A DNA stretch of 64,000 bases, from positions 133,756 to 197,755 of the forward strand of contig CAWJJM010000011.1 of the NCBI GenBank assembly GCA_963843275.1. Direction: 5' to 3'. Source of the stretch: an uncultured Acidobacteriota bacterium. GTDB lineage: Bacteria; Acidobacteriota; Thermoanaerobaculia; Multivoradales; JBCCEF01. The notes beneath the pieces were generated by a model, which saw nothing but the letters and a program-made list of their open reading frames with translations, searched no databases and had not been told where the DNA came from. Within the stretch, counting starts at the first letter, position 1. Every line of letters starts with the position of its first letter. A program made the translations under genes and the position numbers. Shown piece by piece: positions 32,264 to 40,432 of the stretch.

Positions 32264-32286
32264 GGGGCGCGCCCGGCGCGCGCCTC
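32264..32286 (+). terminator. GC-rich hairpin directly after the GT-C gene stop (no U tract)
   Basis: GGCGCGC (32266..32272) / GCGCGCC (32278..32284), 5-nt loop, extendable by a G-U pair and a G-C pair. Followed by gtcgccc, so rho-independent function is doubtful. Confidence 0.25.
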
Positions 32287-32399
32287 GTCGCCCGCTCTCC
32301 CGGGCGCCGTCCGAGGGCCGTCCCCGCGGGCGGGCCGCCGCCCGCGGACCCCCGGGCCGCGCCTTTCCGGCACCCCCGGCGTGAGAAGATGGAGGCTCG

Positions 32400-33344
32400 A
32401 TGTGGCGCCGCATCCCAGCCGCTCACCGTCCCCGCCGGGCGAGCGCCGTCGCCTCCGCCGCGCTCCTGCTGGCGGCGCTCGCCGCCTGCGGCCCGCCCAC
32501 CAACCCGGACTCCGGGACCGCCGCGCCGCGGCTCGAGGTGGCCGTGTCGGTGCCGCCGCTCGCCTACCTCGTCGACCGCGTCGGCGCCGAGCGGGTCGCC
32601 GTGGAGGTGATGATCCCGCCGGGCTTTTCGCCGCACGATTTCGAGCCGTCGCCGCAGCAGATCGCCGGGCTCTCCGACGCGGCGCTCTACGTCGCCGTCG
32701 GCCATCCCGACTTCAGCTTCGAGAAGCGCTACATCGACCCGGTGCTCGCCGACCGGCCCGAGCTGCCGATCGTGCGCCTGACCGACTTCGCCGACGAGCT
32801 GCCGCCGGCCGGCGACGAGGACGACCCCCACCTGTGGCTGTCGCCGGCGGTGATGACCGCGGCGGCGGGCGCCGTGGCCGAGGTGCTCGAGCACCGCGAC
32901 CCGGCCCACGCCGACCTCTACCGGCACAACCTCGACGCCTTCCGCGCCGACGTGGTGAAGCTGGACGCCGAGATCCGCCGCCAGCTCACCGGTCTGGCGG
33001 GCCGCGCCTTCTTCATCTACCACCCCGCCTGGGGACCGTTCGCCGCCGAGTACGGCCTCGAGCAGGTGGCGATCGAGCGGGCGGGCAAGGAGCCGAGCCC
33101 GCGCCAGCTGGCGCGCCTGATCGAGCGCGCCCGCGCCGAGGGCGCCACGACGATCTTCGTGCAGAAGGGGGCCGCCGCCCGCCCCGCCCGGGCCCTGGCC
33201 GCCGAGCTCGGGGTCGAGGTGGTCCCGCTCGACCCGCTGGCCTACAACTGGCCCGACGCCCTGCGCACCGCCGCCAGCGACCTGCACGACGCGCTCGCGG
33301 CCGCGGCGGACGGTGCCGCGGCGCCTGCCGACCATGGAACCTGA
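32400..33344 (+). CDS. Metal (Zn/Mn-type) ABC transporter substrate-binding lipoprotein (cluster A-I, ZnuA/TroA family)
   Basis: Lipobox ...LLAALAAC. ...MIPPGFSPHDFEPSP..., ...DDPHLWLSP..., ...IYHPAWGPF..., ...PSPRQLARLIERARAEGATTIFVQ... Confidence 0.88.
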   Translation: MWRRIPAAHRPRRASAVASAALLLAALAACGPPTNPDSGTAAPRLEVAVSVPPLAYLVDRVGAERVAVEVMIPPGFSPHDFEPSPQQIAGLSDAALYVAVGHPDFSFEKRYIDPVLADRPELPIVRLTDFADELPPAGDEDDPHLWLSPAVMTAAAGAVAEVLEHRDPAHADLYRHNLDAFRADVVKLDAEIRRQLTGLAGRAFFIYHPAWGPFAAEYGLEQVAIERAGKEPSPRQLARLIERARAEGATTIFVQKGAAARPARALAAELGVEVVPLDPLAYNWPDALRTAASDLHDALAAAADGAAAPADHGT

Positions 33345-34152
33345 CCGTCCCGCCCCCGCCGCCGGGCCGGCCGCCGGTGCCGCCGCACCGCGGCCGTTGC
33401 TCGAGGTCGACCGGGTCACCTTCGGCTACGACGACCGGCCGGTGCTCGAGGACGTCAGCTTCGTCGTCCGCGAGGGGGACTTCCTGGCCGTCCTGGGCCC
33501 CAACGGGGGCGGCAAGACGACCCTGCTGAAGATCCTCCTCGGCCTGCTGACGCCGTGGTCGGGCACGGTGCGCCGACATCTCTCGGGGCGCCGCGGCGCG
33601 CTGGGCTACGTGCCGCAGTTCGCCGGCTTCGACCGCAGCTTCCCGCTGCGGGTCGAGGACCTCGTGCGCATGGGCCGGCTCGGGCTGCGCGGCCCCGTCG
33701 TCCCCTACCGGCGGAGCGACCGTACGGCGGCGGCGCGGGCCGTCGAGCGCATGGGGCTGGCGGCGCAGCGGCGCGCCCACGTGTCGGAGCTCTCCGGCGG
33801 CCAGCTCCAGCGCGCCCTGATCGCCCGCGCCCTGGCCGGGGACCCCGAGCTGCTGCTGCTCGACGAGCCGCTCGCCTCGGTCGACGCCGAGGCACGCCTG
33901 TCGCTGGTGGACCTGCTGCGCGAGCTCCACCACGACATCCCGGTGCTGGTGGTCACCCACGACCTCACGCCCTTCGCCGGCGCGGTCCGCCAGATCGCCT
34001 GCGTCAACCGGCGCCTCCACTACCACGCCGAGGGCCGCCTGACCAGCGCCATGCTGGAGGAGGTCTACGGCTGCCCGGTCGAGCTGATCGCCCACGGCGT
34101 CCCCCACCGCGTCCTGGCGCCCCATGCCGACCCGGCCGAGCCGCCGCGGTGA
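33334..34152 (+). CDS. Metal ABC transporter ATP-binding protein
   Basis: ATG at 33334 (11-nt overlap with the substrate-binding gene); the track start at 33313 is a GTG. Walker A GPNGGGKTT, signature LSGGQLQR, Walker B LLLLDEP. Confidence 0.9.
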   Translation: MEPDRPAPAAGPAAGAAAPRPLLEVDRVTFGYDDRPVLEDVSFVVREGDFLAVLGPNGGGKTTLLKILLGLLTPWSGTVRRHLSGRRGALGYVPQFAGFDRSFPLRVEDLVRMGRLGLRGPVVPYRRSDRTAAARAVERMGLAAQRRAHVSELSGGQLQRALIARALAGDPELLLLDEPLASVDAEARLSLVDLLRELHHDIPVLVVTHDLTPFAGAVRQIACVNRRLHYHAEGRLTSAMLEEVYGCPVELIAHGVPHRVLAPHADPAEPPR

Positions 34153-35024
34153 TCCACGACTTCCTGACCCACGACTTCCTGCGCCACGCCCTGGCGGCGG
34201 GGCTGCTGGCCAGCGTCCTGTGCGGCGTCGTCGGCACGCTCGTGGTGGTCAAGCGCCTGGTCTTCCTGGGGGCGGGGATCAGCCACGCCTCGTTCGGCGG
34301 GCTCGGCGTCTGCTACTACCTGGGGCTCGACCCCTTCCTCGGCGCCGCCGCGGTGGCGGTGCTGTCGGCGCTCGCCCTGGGCGCCGCCAGCGGCCGCCCG
34401 GGGGCGGCGCGCGGCCACGACGCCCGGATCGGGATCCTGTGGGCGGTGGGGATGGCGGTCGGCGTGGTCTTCGTCCACTGGACGCCGGGTTACGCCCCGA
34501 ACCTGATGGCCTACCTGTTCGGCAACATCCTCACCGTCGGCAGCCGCGACGTGCTGCTGGCGGCCGCCCTGGTGGTCGCCGTGGTGGCCGGCTTCGGCGT
34601 CTTCTACAAGGAGACCGTGGCGGTGGCGTTCGACGAGGAGTTCGCCGCCGTGCAGGGGCTGCCGGTGCGGCTCGCGATGACCCTCATCCTGCTGCTGACG
34701 GCGCTGTCGGTGGTCTTCCTGATCCAGCTCGTCGGCATCATCCTGGCGATCGCCCTGCTCACCATCCCCCCGGTGGCGGCGCTGATGGTCTTCCGCCGCT
34801 TCCTGGCGGTGGTCGTCGCCTCGACGCTGCTGGGGGCGGCGATGACCGTCGGCGGGCTGGCGCTGTCGTACGCCTGGGATCTGCCGTCGGGACCGGCGAT
34901 GGTCCTGCTCGGGGCGGCCGGGCTGGCGCTGCTCGCCGGCGCCCGCCGGCTGGCGCGACACCCCGCCAGGGCTACATCCGCAGCAGCACCGATCCCCAGT
35001 GCAGCCCCGCCCCCAGGGCGGTGA
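34149..35024 (+). CDS. Metal ABC transporter permease (ZnuB/TroC family)
   Basis: GTG at 34149 overlaps the ATPase stop (GTGA), in the frame of track ORF 33555..35024. ...FLRHALAAGLLASVLCGVVGTLVVVKRLVFLGAGISHASFGG... The last 53 nt overlap the convergent fabH 3' end, so the exact C-terminus is uncertain. Confidence 0.85.
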   Translation: MIHDFLTHDFLRHALAAGLLASVLCGVVGTLVVVKRLVFLGAGISHASFGGLGVCYYLGLDPFLGAAAVAVLSALALGAASGRPGAARGHDARIGILWAVGMAVGVVFVHWTPGYAPNLMAYLFGNILTVGSRDVLLAAALVVAVVAGFGVFYKETVAVAFDEEFAAVQGLPVRLAMTLILLLTALSVVFLIQLVGIILAIALLTIPPVAALMVFRRFLAVVVASTLLGAAMTVGGLALSYAWDLPSGPAMVLLGAAGLALLAGARRLARHPARATSAAAPIPSAAPPPGR

Positions 35025-36042
35025 GGGCGACCAGCGCGCCGGGCGGGGCCTTGCCCTCCAGCCGCGCCTCGTGGAAGGCGAGCGGCAGGGTGGCCGAGGT
35101 CGTGTTGCCGTACTTCTGGATGTTGTTGTGCACGCGCTCATCGGGGAGGCCGAGCGCCCGCTGCGCCACCTGGTTGATGCGCAGGTTGGCCTGGTGCATG
35201 ACCAGCAGGTCGACGTCGTCGATCCCCAGACCGTGGCGCCCCAGCAGCTCGCGCGTGACCTCCGGCATGCGGGTCACCGCGAGCTTGAACACCTGCCGCC
35301 CGTCCATCACCGGCACCGACTCGCCGGCCGTCACCATCTCGGCGGTGACGAAGGGGCGCCGCGCCGAGCCCAGCCCCGGGACGTAGAGGATGTCCTTGTG
35401 GCTGCCGTCGCCGTACAGCGCGGAGCCCAGGATGCCGCGGCCCTCGGCGGCGTCGCCGGCGCGGAACACCATGGCGCCGGCGGCGTCGCCGAACAGCACC
35501 ACCAGGTGGCGGAACCGCGAGTTCCAGGCGAAATCCTCCTCGCCGAGCGTCCCCTCGCCCCCCTCGAGCAGCTCCCAGGTGGCGGGGGAGAACGGCATCA
35601 GGGAGGTGTGGACGTCGGTGCCGATCACCAGCACGGTGCGGGCCGTGCCGCTGCGGATCAGCGCGTCGGTGGTCTGCAGCGCGTAGGCGAAACCGGCGCA
35701 CTGCTGGCGCAGGTCGAGCGCCGGCAGGGGCGGCAGGCCGAGGCGCTCCTGGATCAGGGTGCCGCAGCCGGGGAAGTAGTGGTCCGGGGTCATGGTGGCG
35801 CAGACCAGGTAGTCCACCTCCCCCGGCTCGACGCCGGCGTCGGCCAGCGCCGCGCGCCCCGCCACGGCACCGAGGTCGGCCGACGTCGTGCCGCGCTCGA
35901 CGAAGCGCCGCTCCTCGATGCCGCTGCGCTCGCGGATCCACTCGTCGGACGTCTCGAGGACGCGGGACAGGCGGTGGTTGTCGACCACCCGGTCGGGCAC
36001 GGCGATGCCGCTGCCCGCGAAGACGGCACGAGGCTCGCTCAT
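34972..36042 (-). CDS. fabH: 3-oxoacyl-ACP synthase III (FabH family), long variant
   Basis: Trimmed to the ATG at 36042. Catalytic Cys (...LRQQCAGFAYAL...), His (...VMHQANLRI...), Asn (...YGNTTSATL...). About 24 extra residues relative to E. coli FabH between ...GTDV and LFGDAAGA. Confidence 0.88.
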   Translation of the reverse strand: MSEPRAVFAGSGIAVPDRVVDNHRLSRVLETSDEWIRERSGIEERRFVERGTTSADLGAVAGRAALADAGVEPGEVDYLVCATMTPDHYFPGCGTLIQERLGLPPLPALDLRQQCAGFAYALQTTDALIRSGTARTVLVIGTDVHTSLMPFSPATWELLEGGEGTLGEEDFAWNSRFRHLVVLFGDAAGAMVFRAGDAAEGRGILGSALYGDGSHKDILYVPGLGSARRPFVTAEMVTAGESVPVMDGRQVFKLAVTRMPEVTRELLGRHGLGIDDVDLLVMHQANLRINQVAQRALGLPDERVHNNIQKYGNTTSATLPLAFHEARLEGKAPPGALVALTALGAGLHWGSVLLRM

Positions 36043-36080
36043 GGTCGTTGCACCTCCACAGCCAGGGCGCCCGGGCGCCG

Positions 36081-36695
36081 TCAGAAGGGCCGGACCGGGG
36101 TGGGCGGCGCCGACCCGGGCCGCGGGATGTAGAACTCGGTCAGGTCGCCGCGCCGGACGAAACGGTAGACGCGGTCGGGGCGCTTGCCGTCCAGGCCGGG
36201 CGGCGCGTCGGCCGGGTACTTCCACACCGTCACCGGCGGGTCGCGGGGGTCGGCCGCGATCTCGTGGTCGACGTCCTCCGGCTCGCCGTAGAGGACGTAG
36301 ACCGTGCCGCGGGCGGTGCGCCGACCCCGGTAGCCGGCCTCGCCGTAGCGCCGGTCGGCCTCCGCGACGCGCTCGTCGAAGAGGTTGCGCAGCGGGTTGT
36401 CGGGCCGGTTGGGGGCCGGGTTGCGCCGCGCCCAGAAAGCGTCGATGAACGCCTCGGCCGCGGCGTCGCCGTCGAGCGCCAGGTAGCGGTCGATCTCGTC
36501 CTCGCTGGCCATCCGCGCCACCGGGCCGACCAGCCACTGCGAGTAGGCCGGCGACAGCCGTGCGTTGGTGAGCTCGGCCGCGTCGGTGTGGCGCAGGCCG
36601 ACGGCGCCGCCGGAGGCGCAGCCGGCGGCGGCGAGGGCCAGGGCGGCGAGGGCGAGGCGAGCGCGGCGGAGGTCAGCTACGGCGCAGAAGGTCAA
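36081..36695 (-). CDS. GWxTD-domain lipoprotein
   Basis: Lipobox ...LALAAAGC. ...EAFIDAFWARRNP... and ...GYRGRRTARGTVYVLYGEPE... fit the GWxTD family pattern (degenerate GWxTD). The 5' end overlaps the folE 3' end by 23 nt. Confidence 0.7.
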   Translation of the reverse strand: MTFCAVADLRRARLALAALALAAAGCASGGAVGLRHTDAAELTNARLSPAYSQWLVGPVARMASEDEIDRYLALDGDAAAEAFIDAFWARRNPAPNRPDNPLRNLFDERVAEADRRYGEAGYRGRRTARGTVYVLYGEPEDVDHEIAADPRDPPVTVWKYPADAPPGLDGKRPDRVYRFVRRGDLTEFYIPRPGSAPPTPVRPF

Positions 36696-37335
36696 GGAAC
36701 TCCTCTCGCACGGGGCGTTGGTGGAAGATGCCCCGGATCGCCGAGGTGGTGGTCAGCGCGCCCGGCTTCTTGACGCCGCGCATCTCGACGCACAGGTGGC
36801 GTGCCTCGATGACCACCACCGCGCCCAGCGGGCGCAGGTGCTCCTCGAGGAAGTTCACCACCTGCTCGGTCAGCCGCTCCTGGAGCTGCGGCCGCTTGGC
36901 GTAGAACTCGAGGATGCGGGCGAACTTCGACAGCCCGAGGATGCGGTCGCGCGGGATGTAGGCGATGTGGGCGTGGCCGTAGAAGGGGACCAGGTGGTGC
37001 GCGCACATGGAGTAGAAGGGGATGTTCTTCTCCATCACCATGTGGCTGTACGACTCGTCGTTGGGGAAGGTGGTCACCTTCGGCTCGGCGCCCTGCTCGA
37101 GGCCCTGGAACATCTCCAGGTACATGCGCGCCACCCGGCGGTCGGTGTCGCGCAGGTTGGGATCCTCGAGGTCGAGGCCGAGCTCGGTCAGGATGCCGCG
37201 GACGTGGCGGGCGAGGCGCGTCTCGCGCTCGTCGCGGAAGGGGCGGGGCCGTAGCGACGCCCCGTCGTCGTCCGCCTCCGCCTCGAAGTCGGCGGGCGGA
37301 GCGGTGTAGGTCTCGAGGCTGTCGGGATCGGTCAT
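36673..37335 (-). CDS. folE: GTP cyclohydrolase I
   Basis: ...FYSMCAHHLVPFYGHAHIAYIP..., ...GLSKFARILEFYAKRPQLQERLT..., ...VVIEARHLCVEMRGV... Confidence 0.95.
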   Translation of the reverse strand: MTDPDSLETYTAPPADFEAEADDDGASLRPRPFRDERETRLARHVRGILTELGLDLEDPNLRDTDRRVARMYLEMFQGLEQGAEPKVTTFPNDESYSHMVMEKNIPFYSMCAHHLVPFYGHAHIAYIPRDRILGLSKFARILEFYAKRPQLQERLTEQVVNFLEEHLRPLGAVVVIEARHLCVEMRGVKKPGALTTTSAIRGIFHQRPVREEFLDLLRRS

Positions 37336-37347
37336 GGATCGACTATC

Positions 37348-37896
37348 TTAGCAGCGCCGGGGGTCGGTCCCCGGGGGCTTTCCACCGTGCTCCGGGCGGC
37401 GCGCCTGGGCCACCAGATGGCCCGCCTCCGGCAGGATGAGCCGCTCGCAGGCCAGCTCCACGGCGCGCGGCGAACCGGGCAGCGCGAACAGCGCCCGGCC
37501 GCGCGCCACCCCGCCGACCGCCCGCGACAGCATCGCCGCCGCCCCCACCTGCTCGAAGGACAGCAGCCGGAACAGCTCGCCGAAGCCGGGCAGCACGCGC
37601 TCGAGCAACGGCTCGACCGCCTCCAGCGTCACGTCGCGCGGCGCCACCCCGGTCCCGCCGGTCAGCACCACCACGTCCACCTCCGACCGCGCCAGCAGGC
37701 CAGCGACCAGCGGCCGGATCGCGGCCACCTCGTCGCGTACCCGCCGCGCTTCGACGACCCGGTGTCCGGCCGCCTCCACCAGCTCGCGGGCCCGGCTCCC
37801 GGAGACGTCGTCGGCGGCGCCGCGGGTGTCGGACACCGTCACGAGCGCGAAGCCGAGGCGGGCCGGCGCCTGGCGCAGATGCTCGTCGCGTGCCAT
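37348..37896 (-). CDS. moaB: Molybdenum cofactor biosynthesis protein B (MoaB/MogA family)
   Basis: ...FALVTVSDTRG..., ...VVLTGGTGVAPRDVT..., ...LPGFGELFR..., ...ALPGSPRAV... Confidence 0.88.
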   Translation of the reverse strand: MARDEHLRQAPARLGFALVTVSDTRGAADDVSGSRARELVEAAGHRVVEARRVRDEVAAIRPLVAGLLARSEVDVVVLTGGTGVAPRDVTLEAVEPLLERVLPGFGELFRLLSFEQVGAAAMLSRAVGGVARGRALFALPGSPRAVELACERLILPEAGHLVAQARRPEHGGKPPGTDPRRC

Positions 37897-37937
37897 GGGC
37901 GGCAGGCTAACACCGTCGCGGGGCGGCCGCCGGCCGC

Positions 37938-37943
37938 TAGAAT
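37938..37943 (+). promoter_or_regulatory. Candidate -10 element TAGAAT, 8 nt upstream of the GTG of the nuclease-helicase gene
   Basis: ccgcTAGAATgccgccccGTG. Same CGCTAGAATG context as the recA -10. No SD. Confidence 0.35.
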
Positions 37944-37951
37944 GCCGCCCC

Positions 37952-40432
37952 GTGGCCCCGCGCTTCGACGGCGAACGCCTGACCCTCGAGCTTTCGGTGG
38001 CCGACCTGTTGGAGGGGTCGGCGCAGCGCCACCTCGGGTTCGCCCACCGCGGCGGCTACGAGCGGCTCTGGCTGGGGCAGGCCATCCACAGCCGCTACCA
38101 GGAGCAGGCGCTGGCGGCGGACGGCAGCTACCGCCGCGAGGTGACGCTCGACCTCACCTTCGGCCACCGCGGCTGGGAGGTGACCCTGTCGGGCCGCGCC
38201 GACGGCCTGCGCCGCGACCCCGACGGTGTCGCCGTGGTGGAGGAGATCAAGTCGGTGCGCCGCGGCGGCGAGCTGGCGCCGGCGGTGCGCGACCTCTACG
38301 AGCAGCAGGCGCGCCTCTACGCCTGGCTCCTGCACCGGCGCGACGGCGCCCCGGTGCGCGCCGAGCTGGTGCTGATCGAGATCGGCGGCGACGGCCTCGA
38401 ACGCCACCCGGTGGAGCTGCCGCTGGCCGCGGTCGAGGGGGCCGTCAAGCGCCGGCTCAACGCCCTGATCCGCGGCTTCGAGGCGTGCCGCATGGCGGCG
38501 CTGGCGCGGCGCGAGGCGGCCGCACGGCTGACCTTCCCCTACCCCGAGCCGCGCCCCGGCCAGGAGGAGATCGTCGCCGCCGCCGAGACGGCGCTCGAGC
38601 ACGGCGAGCACCTGCTGCTCGAGGCGCCGACCGGCATCGGCAAGACGGTCGCCGCCCTCTACCCCGCCCTGCGCCACTGCCTGACCCACGACCGGCGGCT
38701 CTTCGTGCTCACCGCGAAGACGCTGCAGCAGGAGATGGCCGAGACGGTCCTCGGGCTGCTCAACCGCGACCGCGCCTTCCACTCGCTGACCCTGCGCGCC
38801 AAGGCGAAGATGTGCGCCAACGACCAGGTCATCTGCCACGAAGAGTACTGCCCGTACGCCCGCGACTATTACGGCAAGCTGGCGTCCAGCGGCCTGCTGC
38901 GCCGCCTGCTCGGGGAGAACGCCGGGCTCGACCCCGACGCCATCTTCGACGCGGCGCGCGCCACCGAGGTCTGCCCCTTCGAGGTGAGCCTCGAGCTCGC
39001 CGGCCGGGTCGAGGTGGTGGTCTGCGACTACAACTACGCCTTCGACCCGTACGTGGCGCTGTCGGACTTCGGGGCCGACACCGACCTGGCGGACACCGTG
39101 CTGGTGATCGACGAGATCCACAACCTGGTCGACCGCGGGCGCGGCTACTACAGCCCGGCGCTCTCCGCCGATGCCGCCCGCCACGCGGCCGAGGTGCTGG
39201 CGCGCGGCGGCCAGGCGATCCACCGGCGGATCGCCGAGCTCTGCCTGCGGGTGGCGGAGCGGGTGGAGGCGTTCGTCGCCGAGGCGCTCGACGAGGTCGG
39301 CGAGGCGCGGCCGGGCGGCGCCGGCGACGCGTCCTCCCGCGCCGTCGAGGTGCCGCTGCCCGAGGACGACCTGTGGAACCTGCGCCGCGAGCTCGACGCC
39401 GCCTTCGTCGACTACCTGGAGCACAACCGGGAGCACCGCACCTTCCGCGCCGACGACCCGTTCGTCGCCCTCTACTTCGATTTCCTCAAGCTGCTCGACG
39501 GCATCGCCGTCGCCGACCACGCCTTCAGCCAGTGCGCCGAGCGCATCGCACCCGAGGGCCCCGGGGGCACCGGGGCGCGCCTGCGGGTGTTGTGCAAGGA
39601 CCCCAGCCGCTTCCTCGGCGCGGTGCTCAACCGCGCCCACGCCACCATCGGGCTGTCGGCGACGCTGTCGCCGCCGGAGTTCTACCGCGACCTGCTCGGC
39701 TTCGACCGCGGGCGCACCGCCGCCGTCCACGTCCCCAGCCCGTTCCCGGCGGCGCACCGGCGGGTGGTGATCGACGCCACCGTCGCCACCCGTTACCGCG
39801 AGCGCCCGGCCTACGCGCGGCGCATCGCCGAGCGCCTCGCCGCCTTCGCCCAGGCGGTGCCCGGCAACTGCCTCGCCCTGTTCCCGAGCTACGGCTTCCT
39901 CGCCCAGGTGGCGGCCGAGCTGCCACCGTCGGGCAAGCGCGTGCTGGTCCAGGAGGCGGCGAGCGGCGACCGCGAGCGCAACCGCATCCTCGAGGCGCTG
40001 CGCGGCACGCTGTTCGGCGACGTGCTGCTGCTGGCGGTCGCCGGGGGCGTCTTCGCCGAGGGGGTGGACTACCCCGGCGACGCGCTGAAGGCGGTGGCGG
40101 TCGTGGGTCCCTGCCTCCCCGGGCTCAGCCTCGAGCAACAGCTCCTGCGCGGCTTCTACGACGAGCGCTTCGAGCGCGGCTTCGAGTACGCCTTCGTGGT
40201 GCCGGGGATGACCCGGGTGGTGCAGGCCGCCGGCCGCCTGATCCGCTCGGCGGAGGACACCGGGGTCATCGCCCTGCTCGACCGCCGCTTCCTCGAGCGC
40301 CCCTACCGCGACCACCTGCCCGCGGACTGGCTGCCCGCCGAGGGCGCCGGCGCGCTGGCCGGCGACCCCGCCGAGGTCGCCGCGGCGTTCTTCGCGCCGC
40401 CGCGGCGCCGGGCCGGGGGCGGCGACGGTTGA
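37952..40432 (+). CDS. Fusion protein: N-terminal PD-(D/E)XK (RecB/Cas4-like) nuclease domain plus XPD/DinG-family Fe-S DNA helicase
   Basis: In the frame of track ORF 37436..40432. Start taken at GTG 37952, because the in-frame ATG at 37895 overlaps the divergent moaB start codon. Nuclease motifs GRADGL, VVEEIKS, YEQQARLY. Helicase: Walker A EAPTGIGKT, four Cys (MCAND, ICHEE, YCPYA, VCPFE), DEAH-like VIDEIHNL, C-terminal ...VPGMTRVVQAAGRLIRS... Confidence 0.85.
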   Translation: MAPRFDGERLTLELSVADLLEGSAQRHLGFAHRGGYERLWLGQAIHSRYQEQALAADGSYRREVTLDLTFGHRGWEVTLSGRADGLRRDPDGVAVVEEIKSVRRGGELAPAVRDLYEQQARLYAWLLHRRDGAPVRAELVLIEIGGDGLERHPVELPLAAVEGAVKRRLNALIRGFEACRMAALARREAAARLTFPYPEPRPGQEEIVAAAETALEHGEHLLLEAPTGIGKTVAALYPALRHCLTHDRRLFVLTAKTLQQEMAETVLGLLNRDRAFHSLTLRAKAKMCANDQVICHEEYCPYARDYYGKLASSGLLRRLLGENAGLDPDAIFDAARATEVCPFEVSLELAGRVEVVVCDYNYAFDPYVALSDFGADTDLADTVLVIDEIHNLVDRGRGYYSPALSADAARHAAEVLARGGQAIHRRIAELCLRVAERVEAFVAEALDEVGEARPGGAGDASSRAVEVPLPEDDLWNLRRELDAAFVDYLEHNREHRTFRADDPFVALYFDFLKLLDGIAVADHAFSQCAERIAPEGPGGTGARLRVLCKDPSRFLGAVLNRAHATIGLSATLSPPEFYRDLLGFDRGRTAAVHVPSPFPAAHRRVVIDATVATRYRERPAYARRIAERLAAFAQAVPGNCLALFPSYGFLAQVAAELPPSGKRVLVQEAASGDRERNRILEALRGTLFGDVLLLAVAGGVFAEGVDYPGDALKAVAVVGPCLPGLSLEQQLLRGFYDERFERGFEYAFVVPGMTRVVQAAGRLIRSAEDTGVIALLDRRFLERPYRDHLPADWLPAEGAGALAGDPAEVAAAFFAPPRRRAGGGDG

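Noticed and set aside
37895-37897. In-frame ATG at 37895 as the start of the nuclease-helicase gene.
   Set aside because: It overlaps the divergent moaB start codon (37894..37896) and lies upstream of the TAGAAT -10 candidate. The GTG at 37952 is more plausible, but this remains uncertain.
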